Positions 63,796 to 64,000 of a stretch of 64,000 nucleotides of DNA are shown here, in pieces (position 1 is the first letter of the stretch; every line of letters begins with the position of its first letter). A program made the translations under genes and the position numbers. The DNA is from Felis catus. Taxonomy: Eukaryota. The stretch lies in assembly GCF_018350175.1 (NCBI RefSeq), contig NC_058383.1, forward strand, positions 30,754,001 through 30,818,000, read 5' to 3'. The notes beneath the pieces are model-generated. The model was given only the letters and a program-made list of their open reading frames with translations, had not been told where the DNA came from and did not search any database.

Positions 63796-64000
63796 GACTC
63801 TTGCTCTGGTCCACACCTGCTCACGTGCTTCTAGGGCTGCAGGCTGCTCTCCCACCCCAGCCCCGGGTGCAGCGGCTGTGCCTGTCCCTGGAGCCCTGGC
63901 AGACCGGGGGGGGGGGGGGGGGAACTGCCTTAGCCCAGTCTTACCTTTTAGAGTTTAGACTAATTATCTCTCTCTATTTTACATATTTTAAGGCAATCCT

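Larger units (their letters stand above)
50060..64000 (-). other. SNX29: Last intron of SNX29 (upstream PX-domain exon not seen in window)
   Basis: Lies 5' of the acceptor; no PX-domain coding text found. Confidence 0.7.

Noticed and set aside
46300..64000. Numerous overlapping 60-200 aa ORFs
   Set aside because: Expected by chance in GC-rich DNA; Pro/Gly/Arg/Ala-rich with no recognisable homology
1..64000. CRISPR arrays or prokaryotic defence systems
   Set aside because: Eukaryotic sequence; no regularly spaced repeat-spacer structure or operons seen

Overview
Mammalian nuclear DNA, almost certainly felid (many carnivore tRNA-derived SINEC/Can-SINE copies of the feliform type, carnivore-type LINE-1). 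The left ~44 kb is a repeat-dense, AT-rich intergenic region. It holds three large degraded L1 copies (1-6750 minus, 10769-15050 plus, 37691-42630 minus), older L1M/L2/MIR/MLT1/MER remnants, about 17 SINEs and microsatellites. The right ~19 kb is GC/CpG-rich and holds the minus-strand 3' end of a gene recognised as SNX29: last coding exon 50059-49930, a ~4.9 kb 3' UTR ending at an AATAAA at 45027-45022, and the last intron running off the window. Just downstream of the poly(A) site lies the most unusual structure, three co-oriented pieces on the minus strand: a mitochondrial 16S rRNA NUMT, a processed pseudogene fragment of a divergent eEF1A paralog (matching neither EEF1A1 nor EEF1A2), and a 5'-truncated L1 fused directly to it. 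A small hairpin flanked by direct repeats sits at the NUMT junction. Repeat subfamily names and reference protein comparisons come from recalled consensus sequences, not from searches. Boundaries of old repeats are approximate.
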